Shown here: positions 1 to 12,649 of the stretch, one piece after another
Position numbering within the stretch: the first letter of the stretch is position 1
Layout of the letters: each line of letters starts with the position of its first letter
Source of the DNA: Macrostomum lignano
Taxonomy: Eukaryota
DNA length: 64,000 nucleotides
Direction: 5' to 3'
Assembly: GCA_002269645.1 (NCBI GenBank)
Contig: NIVC01000415.1
Span: forward strand, 124,001-188,000
Translations under genes and position numbers: made by a program
The notes under the pieces: generated by a model
Told to the model about the DNA's origin: nothing
Seen by the model: the letters and a program-made list of their open reading frames with translations, nothing else
Database searches by the model: none

Positions 1-200
1 AGGACCGCTGTACACCCTGTGTGAGCGTGTGTATGACTGCGTACCTGCGTACAGTATTGGCGTACAGTACAGCTCAGGAGTCATGGGAATGGACAGAATT
101 GCCACGCCACCGGTTGTGGCCTGTGAGACAATGTCGCAGGAGGCGTCACGCCTGGGTGCCCACAGCTCTCCAGAGAATATCTACATCTCTGTATCGTAGT
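1..200 (+). mobile_element. SINE-like repeat, 3' part (truncated by the window edge)
   Basis: AGGACCGCTGTACACCCTGTGTGAGCGTGT matches the core of the copies at about 26297 and 42478. Confidence 0.55.
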
Positions 201-757
201 CAGTGGTGTTTAATAACATGTGTTCATAATTTCTTATAAAAGATTAGCTCAAATAAGAGAAATTAGATAAAGGCCAAAAATGTGCTCCGGGTACAAATGA
301 GAACAGCAGCTTACGCCACAGTTCCACGACTCCGGGTGCTTGAAAAATTTAATGTTTCGTTAAATCACATGCCGGCTCGACAGTTTCAAGCGTTGCAGCT
401 TTTCAATAAATGGACGCCACTCAAAAACTAACAATAAATTGTGCGAGTGTGTTGAGCCGTTTTGATATAGACAAATTTTGGCGAAATTTAATTACATGTT
501 CGAATACACACAGATTGAAGGTAAGAAGATATTGATTAAAACTGAATAGGTATTTTGTGCATGAATTTTTTCTTGGAAACTAAATGAGAAACAGAGTTAA
601 TGATTAAAAAAACTTGTTAATTGTTAGATTAGTATATACTCTTTCGCATGGTTAGAAAAACCGTAAGCACGTGCGTCTTTGAAACCTATTTAGAAGGCTT
701 GTAGTTAAACCATTTCAACCGAAGTAGTTCTCCAGCAACATTATCGATAGCAACTCT

Positions 758-3358
758 TTATCTTTTAATCCCCCTCAGCATTTCCATTGGCAGCGGGAAC
801 AAGATGGTGGAGTTCTTCTCAGCCGCAATGGAGTTCAGCGTCTGCAGGTACCTCAGCTGCAGAGCCGCCGGAGACTCGTCGATCACATCGGCGGCCTCCT
901 TCAGCGCCCTGGAAGCCTTCTGCTCGCCCTCAGCCGCAATCACCTTGGCCTTCGCCTCGCGCAGCGCCTCCGCCTCGGCCGCCATGGCGCGCTGCATCTG
1001 GACGGGTAGCCGGACGTCCTTCACCTCGACGCGCTCCACCTGGGGGAGACAATTGAAAGCATGGTCAGGTGCTGCAGTAAGAACTGACAAATTCTTCTCT
1101 GGCAAAGTGCTTTGTTTTCAATTCTAGCTCTTTGCCATGTTTGAATTATTTATACGAGAACACCAGCGTGCGGGCTTATGCCGGAACCCTGAGACAGCAA
1201 TGCACAAGGTGGTTGCAAAAGCCTTGTATGTTGCTGTATGTCATAGTTGTGTAGTTTGTTTTAATAAATATCTTAGGGTTGTCTCAGTGTTATTGTGTAA
1301 GTGTGAAAAATTGTGATGGACAGTGGTGTTTCCTATCATTTTCCGTTGGCACAAACTGCTGAAATTCACATATTACTTTCAGGACTTCATTAGAACTCCT
1401 TCCTTGGGGGCAGAGGGCGCTATAGTTAACATACACGTGTACTAAACCTATGTATCATTCACTAACAATAGCGACTGTTCAAGGTCAAAACCTTAAATTG
1501 TGGTTTATTCAAAAAATATTTATTTTTTAGTTGCCTCCCTAACGGGGGGCACAGATTGCTAGTCACATATACTAAATCTTTACTGCGTGTATGTTGCATA
1601 GAATTGCATTAATATTAATAATCGGATGTTTTAATAAGCAACTGCATGGTGAACTGCATCGAAACTCGTCCTAATTTCGTAACTATAGCGCCTTCCACAA
1701 CCCCCACGTTCATTTTAAAAATAGGAAACATTTTATGAATCCAGCGTCTATAAAAGTGCGTAACAATTTTACGAGTTTTAGCCGACTAGCGCAATTGGTC
1801 GCGCTCTCTAATTAAAATTAAAAAATACATCAAAGTTAGTTTTTCCATGCAACTATAGCTTAGTAATATGCAATTTTTAGTTTTGTCGACTGCATAAAGC
1901 TCGGAATAGATTTAATTAATTAATGCGCCATTATTTCCTCCCTAAACGCTGATGACATTGTGAATTAAAAACCTCCAAATGTCAGTTGTACAGAAATCGT
2001 GTCATTCTCTCTTGACTTTGTGTCTGCGATGGCAGCAGCAACCATAATCAATACTTTCTCTTCTTGAAAGAGTTTCTCATATTCACGTCGACACTAACAC
2101 GCAAGAAAGAACCACAGTAGGTAACCTCGATGATGTTAGATTTTTTCATTTCATAGATCGCGAGTTCCATCTCAGGCAAGAACTGTTGCAACCTTTCTTT
2201 CGAAGTCAGACTTTTCTGCTAAATAGCTGATGCTGATACTCGTTCTACTCTTTCATGGCCTTGACATTAAATGCCAAATGACGCTAGGCAGACTGGTATT
2301 TTTCCTGAGTAGCCTACTTCAAATCAGTAGTCCACAATGAACTTCAATTGCTTACTTGAACTAGACTAGAATGAACATATTTTAGAGCTCATTGATCTAA
2401 TCGACTTTCTCGCTTACCTTGACGCCCCACGGATCCGTGGCAGTGTCCAAACTCTCCTGCATCGTCTGAGCAATGATCTCTCGCTCGGCCAGCACCTCAT
2501 GTAGAGTCTTCGTGCCCAGAGTGTTGCGCAGGGTGGTCTGAGCGAGCAGTCGGGTCGCTCGGTGCACATCCTCGATGTCCACCGTGGCCCTGATCGGGTC
2601 GAAGATGCGATAGTAGACCACGGCGTCCACGGCTACGGTGACTGAGTCCTTGGTGAGAATCTCCTGCGGCGGCACGTCGAAAGTCACCGTGCGCAAGTCC
2701 ATCACTTGCATCTTGTCAATGCAGGGCATGACGAAGAACAGACCGGGACCTATGAGACGAATTATTTGATTTCGGTGGTTTTAGGTGCGAATTTTTTATA
2801 TTTATTAGGTTCGTCAATCGGGACACCATAGAGCGGAAACGAGCCTGACTCGATCGTCATATATGACTTTGAGGACTTCATTCGAACGCCCCCCCTTGAG
2901 GGCAGAGGGCGCTAGTTCACATACACTAAATCTATAGTGACAATACATCATTAACAAACAATAGGGACTGTTCAAGGCCAAGAATTGCATTGATAGTCAG
3001 ATTCTTTTATAAACAACTTCGTAGTGGACTGTGTCGAACTGGTTTTAAATTTGTAATTAATTTAATTAATGTCCTGAGAAAAAATAATTTATGCATTAAA
3101 TGTAGGTTAACCTGTTCCACAAGAAAAAGTTGTCAAAAAGCATCGGACGCGAGCTACCTTTAGGCTCGCCTTGAATCCGGCCGAGTCGGAAGATGACCGC
3201 GCGTTCGTATTGTTGCACAATTTTGATGCAGGCGCACAAGGAGAACGGGAAGGTCAGGATGATGAGTATGATGCTGATGAACTTCAGCAGGCACTCGCAG
3301 CATCCGCAACCATTCGGTGGCGTTTCTTCTTGCTGGTGCGGTTGCTGCTGTCGCATCT
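758..3358 (-). CDS. STOM: Stomatin / band-7 (SPFH domain) membrane protein, spliced
   Basis: Exons 3358-3158, 2749-2418 and 1039-758 are joined by GT-AG introns in consistent phase, giving 270 aa from the ATG at 3356. Stomatin motifs: hairpin TM ISIILIILTFPFSL, VQQYERAVIFRLGRI, GPGLFFVMPCID, FDVPPQEILTKDSVTV, VERVEVKDVRLP, SPAALQLRYLQTL. A possible upstream coding exon (ATG 4668, weak donor) is uncertain. Confidence 0.93.
1378..1720. mobile_element. MITE-like repeat in stomatin intron; a second partial copy lies at about 2868-3050
   Basis: Imperfect inverted ends GGGGGCAGAGGGCGCTATAGTT and AACTATAGCGCCTTCCACAACCCCC. The block AGGACTTCATT...GGGCAGAGGGCGCTA...GACTGTTCAAGG recurs at 2870-2985. 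Confidence 0.5.
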
Positions 3359-3743
3359 CTGGCAAGGAAGAATGTCAGTCAACAAGTGATGAAGAATAGC
3401 ATTTTCCGCCTAAGTACGAGCGTAGATCCTAGGAGCTTTAAATTAATTCATAGATACGAAATTCAGCTTGAATGAAAAGTTGACAAAACTATAGTCTATG
3501 GTCCAAACTGATGCCAGTTTAGCCAGCAATTTGATAATCGGAGCGTGAACTTATTCACTGCCTAAGTGTGCAAAGCGTTTTTTGCCACAGACTAAACCTT
3601 GGCACATAAGTAATTTTAGACATAGATTAAACTATACTTATTGGTTACTACTGATATATTTAATCGTTACTACACGTCGTACGAGGATGTGATTTTATCG
3701 CTTCGACATTGTGAAATTCTACTAATTCTATTGAGCACCCATA

Positions 3744-4262
3744 ACGGGTGTCCAAAAAAAGGGTAACACTTTGTGCGCTCACTGTGAGTGAGCAGTTAGG
3801 CCTATAGCACAGTAATTTAACAGGTCCACAGTAAACATTTGTAAGTTTTTCCTCACAAACATTTGGTTGCGAAAAATTGCTCCAGAGGCGAGTTATTGAG
3901 CACAGAAGTGTACGCTAGCTTTTCTGCCAAGCTTTGCCATACACAGCTGCCATAGACAATCTTAACGTTTAAGAAATTTAAGAAATTTTAACGTTAGATC
4001 AGTCTCAGAGTCTATGCATGCTCTGTCATTTTTCTTACGCAAAAGATTGTCTATGGCCTCCGTCTATGGCAAAGCTTAGCAGAGAAGCTAGCGTACACTT
4101 CTGTGCTCAATAACTCGCCTCTGGAGCAATTTTTCGCAACCAAATGTTTGTGGGAAAAACTTACAAATGTTTACTGTGGACCTGTTAAATTACTGTGCTA
4201 TAGGCCCAACTGCTCACTCACAGTGAGCGCACAAAGTGCCACCCCCTTTTTGGGACACCCGT
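3744..4262. mobile_element. Tc1/mariner-type foldback MITE with very long TIRs and a TA target duplication
   Basis: TA|ACGGGTGTCC...GGACACCCGT|TA. The inverted arms are about 220 bp (3744-3965 versus about 4040-4262). Confidence 0.8.
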
Positions 4263-5256
4263 TATTTAACAGATCAAGCAGCATTTTTTTCTCAAGGACT
4301 TTTGCCAAACTCTTAGACATTTATAATAGAAAGACGTAAAATTTGAGGTTAAAAAAATGTAAATCAAGCAAACACGTGTTTCTTCGATTGCACGGATGTT
4401 TTCTTTGGTATGCTGCGACGTAGCCTAGCTAGAGATCCTAACAGGAGCCAGTTACGATTGTGAGCTTATAAAAATTTTGTAAGCAAACCTACAATATAAT
4501 TTCGATTAGAATTCAAGTGTATTGCAAGTACTGGTACTTGCTGGCTTGCTGTTGGGATCGATCTGCCTGACTTTGCCCGGGTGTGCCAATGAACTCTGAT
4601 TCGTTAGTCTGCTGCGGGTCCTGTCGGCTGGATTTTGCTGTGAACTCGGCCAGGCTCTCAGTTGACATGAAGCGCGGGTGGGTAGGGGGCGCTGGTCATG
4701 GAGTATTTTGGTCGCCTAAATAAATAATACTGTTTTTCTACACAAGCTTCTGCAGTATTCTGTGCGTCTCCATGGCAACCAGAACTGAGTGCGTCTTAAA
4801 AGCATCTGTCCAGTGACTGTACGCGAGCTATTCTCTCAGCTCAAGCCTTCGCTTCGGCTTTGTGCAGCTTCAGATGCTGAGGGTTATAAACCTGAAAATC
4901 TGCACAATGCCTGGCTGTGTGTTAATTGCTTAAGCCTGGAGAAACATCGTGCATTGACTAGGGTTACTGCACGCACCGACATTCATCTCTTCTCCGAGTT
5001 CTGTAATACTCTCTGTATAACAAAACAAATTTAGTCACTCTAAACCAGAGCAAGCAGTAAAACTCTTAGTGGCGCGCACTCTAAGCGTTGGAGGCTCATA
5101 AGGGCGTTGCCCCTACGTGTGGAAGAATGCCATTGACGATATAGAAAGTATGATTCTTTTTTACTAAATAGAAGCTTCGAAGTTTTGATTGATGGCACTG
5201 CTACGCTTCTGTTAATTATAGAAATTTGCAATTTCTGTGTCTGCCAAAGTAGGCTG

Positions 5257-5570
<314 letters not shown>

Positions 5571-5974
5571 CTTTACTGTCAGCTACATACGAGCTATAAA
5601 TTAGCTTCAATTGATGAGTATAAAAGTTTAAGAGGACCTTGAATAACAGTGTTAAAATCTTGGAAGATGTCAATCATCTGAGTTGAATTTTTGCAGTGCT
5701 TGGTGTTGGCATTTAAATTTTTAGCTTCGCTTAATGGTAAAGGTACTAGCGTTAGAATGAAAAAAATTAATTCGTTAAGATAAAAAATCTTTTGAATGCT
5801 TTGCCTTCGTATTCCACCATTGAAGAGCGCATTTTTAGGACTAAGAAGCCTTGCTGACTCCCTCTATTGAGGAATGGCAAATGCATGTGGCGTGTCTTTT
5901 GCTGCAGCTTTGGCGCTCGTTGAGAATGGCGCCCTGTTATGGCGCACCTGGGATCGGCGCCTCTGGCTAACGTC

Positions 5975-7078
5975 CATGGATGGCACCCTTTGGATGGCAC
6001 CCTTGGATGGCACCCTTTGGATGGCACCCTTAGATGGCACCCTTGGATGGCACCCTTGGATGGCACCCTTGGATGGCGCTCTTGAATGGCGCACTTGGAT
6101 GGTGACCCTGGATGGTGACCCTGGATGGTGACCCTGGATGGTGACCCTGGATGGTGACCCTGGATGGTGACCCTGGATGGTGACCCTGGATGGTGACCCT
6201 GGATGGTGACCCTGGATGGTGACCCTGGATGGTGACCCTGGATGGTGACCCTGGATGGTGACCCTGGATGGTGACCCTGGATGGTGACCCTGGATGGTGA
6301 CCCTGGATGGTGACCCTGGATGGTGACCCTGGATGGTGACCCTGGATGGTGACCCTGGATGGTGACCCTGGATGGTGACCCTGGATGGTGACCCTGGATG
6401 GTGACCCTGGATGGTGACCCTGGATGGTGACCCTGGATGGTGACCCTGGATGGTGACCCTGGATGGTGACCCTGGATGGTGACCCTGGATGGTGACCCTG
6501 GATGGTGACCCTGGATGGTGACCCTGGATGGTGACCCTGGATGGTGACCCTGGATGGTGACCCTGGATGGTGACCCTGGATGGTGACCCTGGATGGTGAC
6601 CCTGGATGGTGACCCTGGATGGTGACCCTGGATGGTGACCCTGGATGGTGACCCTGGATGGTGACCCTGGATGGTGACCCTGGATGGTGACCCTGGATGG
6701 TGACCCTGGATGGTGACCCTGGATGGTGACCCTGGATGGTGACCCTGGATGGTGACCCTGGATGGTGACCCTGGATGGTGACCCTGGATGGTGACCCTGG
6801 ATGGTGACCCTGGATGGTGACCCTGGATGGTGACCCTGGATGGTGACCCTGGATGGTGACCCTGGATGGTGACCCTGGATGGTGACCCTGGATGGTGACC
6901 CTGGATGGTGACCCTGGATGGTGACCCTGGATGGTGACCCTGGATGGTGACCCTGGATGATGACCCTGGATGGTGACCCTGGATGGTGACCCTGGATGGT
7001 GACCCTGGATGGTGACCCTGGATGGTGACCCTGGATGGTGACCCCTGGATGGTGACCCTGGATGGTGACCCTGGATGG
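5975..7078. repeat. 13-bp minisatellite (GGATGGTGACCCT)n with a GGATGGCACCCTT variant flank
   Basis: Near-perfect tandem copies at about 6097-7075. Confidence 0.96.
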
Positions 7079-7817
7079 CGCCGCTTGGATCGCGCTGGCG
7101 CCCCTTTCGAGGGCGGCCCCATTCTTACTACTTATTACTTTTACGATAGTTGCTAGTAGTATCACAATTTATGTACAATGCGGAGCTCATTATATTGTTT
7201 AATCTTTTAAAGTCCAGAAAAATTTGACTGCGCATTGACATTTTATCGGTTCGTTTGGACCGACTGAGAGATGTGGCGCATCTTAACAAAAAGAAAAGTA
7301 ACTGTATGGTCATAACTTTTTATTGAATGAAAAGTATAGTTAACAGTACGGTTTCAAGAATTAATTAAGTTCCAATTCAAATCCGTTTTAAGAGAGGCCA
7401 GGGAGGCAGATTCTAAAATAATTTCTGGGTAATAGCTGATATTTGGCTTTGAGATTGGAGGATGAGTATAAATTCTGCAATCATCCGAAGATTATAATAA
7501 TTTGTTAGATGGCTTAAAGCTTAGTTATCGTGTAGGAGGCTGGATAAATGATGCGCATCTGCGTGGGAGCCGCGACATCGAGTGTACCATTTTTGGAAAT
7601 CAATTATAAGGGATATCCGATGAATCAAGCGTATCAATTTTAACAAAATCGAGAGAATACAGGAAATATGTAATTTCAATAGTTCTCCATTTTTAATCTG
7701 CGTGCGGGCTGGGCTGACTTTTTCAGTCCTGAAATTCCTAATATTTCATTCAGCTTTAAAAGACTTCCAAATTCCAAATGAATCATTCCAAATGAAACCA
7801 GCAAGCGGTTTACAGTT

Positions 7818-8470
7818 TGCTGTAAACTGTAAAACTGTAAACTGTAAAGTGTAAGCTAAAAACTGTAAACTGTAAACTGTAAACTGAAAACTGTAAACTG
7901 AAAACTGTAAACTGAAAACTGTAAACTGTAAACTGTAAACTGAAAACAGTAAACTGTAAACTGTAAATTAAATACTGTAAACTGTAAATTAAATACTGTA
8001 AACTGTAAACTGAAAACTGTAAACTGTAAATTAAATACTGTAAACTGTAAACTGAAAACTGTAAACTGTAAACTGTAAAGCGTAAACTGTAAACTGAAAA
8101 CTGTAAACTGTAAACTGTAAAGCGTAAACTGTAAACTGTAAACTGTAAACTGAAAACTGTAAACTGTAAACTGTAAAGCGTAAACTGTAAACTGTAAACT
8201 GTAAACTGTAAACTGTAAAATGTAAACTGAAAACTATAAACTGTAAAATGTAAACTGAAAACTGTAAACTGTAAACTGTAAACTGCAAACTGTAACTGTA
8301 CGCTTGTAAACTGTAAACTGTAAACTGTAAACTGTAAACTGCAAACTGTAAACTGTACGCTCGTAAACTGTAAACTGTAAATGTAAAATGTAAACTGTAA
8401 ACTGTAAACTGTAAAATGTAAAATGTAAACTGTAAACTGTAAACTGTAAACTGTAAAGTGTAAAACTGTA
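7818..8470. repeat. 7-bp satellite (AAACTGT)n, reading TTTACAG / TTTTCAG on the minus strand
   Basis: About 90 tandem units with variants. Confidence 0.95.
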
Positions 8471-9429
8471 CATTTTTTAGCGTTGCCGCTCTCCAATGAT
8501 AGAATACTTTGGATATGATATCAACCTTTTTCTCGATTTTCTCCTTGGACAATCCTAGTATGTCTGATGGCCAAGGCAAGAATTGGAAGTATTAACATGT
8601 AAACGTCTGTTTAGTATAACAACAGATTAAGTGCGTTTCTAAATACCAAATAGGTATTCCGCAGCCTGTATAAGTTAGTATAAAACATGTTTAACATTTA
8701 TTCATTAATGTGTCATTCATGTGTCATTCATTAAGTTTATAACATTAAACATGTTTTACATGTATAAGAATACAAGTACTGTATAAGTATAAGTACGTAT
8801 TATACAGTGATTGAAGATGGTAAAAATTTGCTTTTGAAACACTCGCATATCCAGCTATAAATTAGCGCACCAGAAACGAACTGCTGAATGTGGCGAAAAC
8901 AATAATATAGCGCCCGCGGCCCGTTTGAGCAGCAAAGTCCGTGCAGAATAATTCATTTCAGTCCGCCGTGCCGCCCCCATGCCCCCAGCCAGCATTTAAC
9001 TGTGAATGGAAATTGGCTGACAGCAGTCAAGGCTTGAACCAACCGACTTTTTAGTTTTTCACACCCCCGCATTTGGATTGAGAGGGCTGGGCGCGGAGGG
9101 GGTTGGTGGCTGAAGGGGAATCCCTCCATTGGGTAGCTATTTTTAGCACAGTTTAGTTAATATCAGGACAATCAGGCGGCGGGGTTGTTGTTTCGGCCGC
9201 GGCGATTCTATTTTTAGCTCAGACGAAGCCAACACCACCCACCCATGGATGAATAAAACCCGCGCACAGTGGGGGTGGGTGCAATTGAAGTGGGGGCAGA
9301 AATCGAGTGGGCGGTTTTCTGGCACACGGCAGTTTTAGCCTTCACTGCAGCGAGGTCTATAATTAAAGAGAGGGTCTGGCCGTCTGGGCTTATTAAAGCT
9401 GCGACCGTGACCGACCGCCCCCCATTCGG

Positions 9430-9436
9430 TATAAAA
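9430..9436 (+). promoter_or_regulatory. Candidate TATA box for the IER-like gene, within a GC-box-rich upstream region (about 8900-9430)
   Basis: GGTATAAAAATT about 115 nt upstream of the ATG at 9546, with several GGGCGG / GGGGGTGG boxes upstream. Confidence 0.45.
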
Positions 9437-9545
9437 ATTTACCGTTTATGGGAATTGGAGACCGCCAGCTGACTTCTTCAAAAAGCTGAACTAAGCTGCC
9501 GGCCATTAGAATTGGTTTCAACTTGCTGACAGACAGACAGAAACC

Positions 9546-10064
9546 ATGAATAATGAAGAAGACGGTAGTGAGAAGCCGAAGCAGCAGCAGCAGCAGCAGC
9601 AGCAACACCAACGATACCATTCGGCCGTGGCGGTAGCTCGCGGACTTCTACAACTATCGGTTGCCAAGGCCCTCCAGCAGCGACGCAAACGCAGCGGAAT
9701 TGATTTGAGACGCAGCCTACTGATAGCCGGTATGGCCGGCCGAGCTCGAGACCAGCTGGTGAGACTGGCGGCAACGGCGAGCACTCCACAGCGACACAGT
9801 AGTCGCGATCAGCCGATTGGCGAGCATTGCGCCCAACAAAAACGATCATCATCATCGAGTGATTCAGTTGAACTTCGGCAGCCTGAATCCGGCCATCAGC
9901 AGGACATCAGTAAGCGAATCCGGCTGGAGCAAGAATGTGTACGGACCGAGGATGCTACAGGAGAGTCGCCTGCAGCTGTCAATCAGCGCATCGGCGAGTC
10001 GGCATCATCGAAATCGAAAGTCCAATTAAGTCCATGGAAAGTGGAGTTGACAGTTTTTTCTTGA
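9546..10064 (+). CDS. Intronless IER (immediate early response, IER2/IER5-like) family protein with N-terminal polyQ
   Basis: 172-aa ORF. ARGLLQLSVAKALQQRRKRSGIDLRRSLLIAGMAGRARDQL resembles the conserved N-terminal IER motif (xxSxxKxxxSRxQRGGIxLxRxLLxxxxxxxAR), which is also SERTA-like. A TATA box lies upstream. The family call is from recalled motifs only. Confidence 0.62.
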   Translation: MNNEEDGSEKPKQQQQQQQQHQRYHSAVAVARGLLQLSVAKALQQRRKRSGIDLRRSLLIAGMAGRARDQLVRLAATASTPQRHSSRDQPIGEHCAQQKRSSSSSDSVELRQPESGHQQDISKRIRLEQECVRTEDATGESPAAVNQRIGESASSKSKVQLSPWKVELTVFS

Positions 10065-10172
10065 CAGCTGATATACATGTAATTTCAATGATGTAGATAT
10101 GGTAAATGCATTAAACTAATAGCTAAATATAGTCGTTTGCATATGTGCATATGCGTGTCTTTCTTTATGTAC

Positions 10173-10616
10173 CAAGGACTACTCAAGAAGGACGGGAAAG
10201 TACATTTCTTGGAAAATTTTAGGAGGCAGGTTTTTACCGCAGAAATACACTACGGAGATAGGAGCTAGGTTTTCATTTTTTCGGCACAAAAATGTTATTG
10301 CTTTGGATAGGAGGCAGACCCAGTGTTCATCTTTTGATATGTCTTGCCTTTCCTATCATTAGCTCTATTGATATTCATAATACTTTTGTAAAATTTCGTT
10401 TAGAAAATTAGTATTCTATAATACATGTTCATGTATGTGCAGAATAATAATTTTATAAAAACGAAAGCTGTATATGAATATCAATAGAGCTTATAATAAA
10501 GATGCAGAACATTGGGTCGGCCCTCCTATCAAAAGCAACAACAATTTTTGTGATGAAAAAATGACAGCCTTCTATCTTCGTAATGTAATTTTTCGGTAAA
10601 ACTTGAGTAGTCCTTG
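10173..10616. mobile_element. MITE with TIR CAAGGACTACTCAAG; a related copy lies at about 26561-26819
   Basis: Perfect 15-bp TIRs CAAGGACTACTCAAG / CTTGAGTAGTCCTTG plus internal inverted segments. The same left end and TACATTTCTTGGAAAATTTT occur at 26561. Confidence 0.7.
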
Positions 10617-11076
10617 ACAAGCAAATGTTAATACATGTACAGCTTCACATTATAATGTATGTCACATTGCATTGCGCATCTAATTTCATATTTTGATCTA
10701 TTAAACGTACTATCGCTAATTAAAAATAGTTATATATAGTCTCACTGTAACCATCAAAATACAAACATGCTCGTACTTAATTGTGAAAGCCAATTGGCTC
10801 TTTTAATTATCTGAATTATTTTTAAAAAAATATCTGACATGCTAGCATCACTTTCAATTTGAATCAGTTGATCAATTTATAAGCCTCAAGATCCTAAATT
10901 TAACATGTATATGGACTATATAACCTTTCGTAATTTACACTGGTATAAAACGAGTGTAATAACGAGAAAGTTTTACATGTACATTACATCAGTTCACAAG
11001 AAAGAGCTACATACATTTACAGTAAAATTAAGTTACATAAAAATCCACTATAACATGTACCAATAATACATTAGGA

Positions 11077-11381
11077 CAGGGGCGTAGCCAGGAATTTTGA
11101 TTGGGGGGGGCGGGGCCGTGAGTTAGGGGGCGCCAGCTTCTTAGGGGGGGCGCCAGTTTCTTTTGGGGGGGGCGCCAGTTTCTTTTAGGGGGGGCGCCAG
11201 TTTCTTTTAGGGGGGCGCCAGTTTCTTATATAGGGGGCGCCAATTTCTTTTAGGGGGGGGGGCGCCAGTTTCTTATAGGGGGGGGCGCCAGTTTCTTATA
11301 GGTGGGGGGCGCTGAGGCCAGAGTTGGTGATTGGGGGGGGGGCCACGGCCCCCTTGCCCCCCCCCTCTGGCTACGCCCCTG
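11077..11381. mobile_element. hAT-family MITE with a perfect 8-bp TSD and an internal short tandem repeat
   Basis: TIR CAGGGGCGTAGCCAG / CTGGCTACGCCCCTG; TSD CATTAGGA at 11069-11076 and 11382-11389; internal repeats of GGGGGGCGCCAGTTTCTT. Confidence 0.9.
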
Positions 11382-12649
11382 CATTAGGATATAAACAGAA
11401 ATTACAACAGTACACACATATCATGCGACCATGGACTTGTCTTCTACTCTGTTACATGCAGTATTAGCATCGTTGCGGGGCATGCCGTAGGCACCAAATT
11501 TAGCAATTTCCCAAATTTATAGAAATGAAATAATCACTAGTCGACTATAGGATCGGAAGTACAATTATATTCTCGATAATAACTATATCTAGCTACGTAC
11601 ACAAGCCGGCTGTCAGACATCGAACTGATACAGCAAGCAGATATGCCGTATGAATAGTTATTACTGCGTTTAGTCGATCAACTTTTTTGTCAGAAAGACA
11701 TTATTAGAGAATTAACTCGTATAATTAAAATACAAAACGTATATCCAATTTTAGAGCTAGCTGTATTATTCATAACCGCGTTTTTATAATCTGGGCATCG
11801 CGGTGACTGGCCATGGCCGCGAAAATGCCAAGATATGTACGCTCTACTGCGCAATAGAATTGTACAATGCATGTTCACTCTCTGCCAAGGCAGTCAGATA
11901 AGTTAGATGCTGGACACATCACCATTTTGACAGGAGCATCCTCCTCCCGCGAAGTTCAGTAAGTCAAGTCGCTTTCACGCAAATCGAAAAAAGACAACGA
12001 AGTGAATTTGTTTGCTGTTGCTATTTGAAGACTTTTGGACTTATTATAAGAACGAAACAATGAATAGGAGTCAGCTTAATAAATCGGTAGTATATTTGCT
12101 GTTGCGAAACAAAGTTAAGGGGAAAATGGGACTTACTATACTACTTATAGAAGTGACAATAAGTAGGAACAGACAGCTGGTATAAATGGGGGTTTGGTTG
12201 GAGAGGGATTTACGCACTTTTTCCCGAATTTAAAAGTTTGGTTTACTATAGTAGCTAGCTAAATAATTTACAACATACATAGCCGCCTAGTAAAGTAGTT
12301 ATTATTAAGCTATATAAAAATACACGCGTAATAAAAGTTGTACGCAAAAATATATAGCATAATGAATATTTGAAACAAAAGGAACGAGAAGTTAAACAGG
12401 CAAAACCGACGTGCGTTTAAAGATCCCCAGATTCCCAAAAAACGCGAAGATTGCAGTGTGATCCTGTTTTTAAGTAACGATTATTGAATATTTTAGGGAC
12501 AAAAAACTGGATTAGAGAACCAAAACAGTCAGAATGCAATGAAAATTACAGTTGATCATATCGATTTTAGTCATACGAGAGTCGCACGGTTTGTGTATCC
12601 GTAAGTCGATCAAGTTCATCCAGCGACTGAGGGACATCAGCATCCCGAC

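Noticed and set aside
1930-2340. Degraded coding-like sequence on the minus strand in a stomatin intron
   Set aside because: It has multiple stops and no motif I can assign. It may be an old TE fragment, but that is unsupported.
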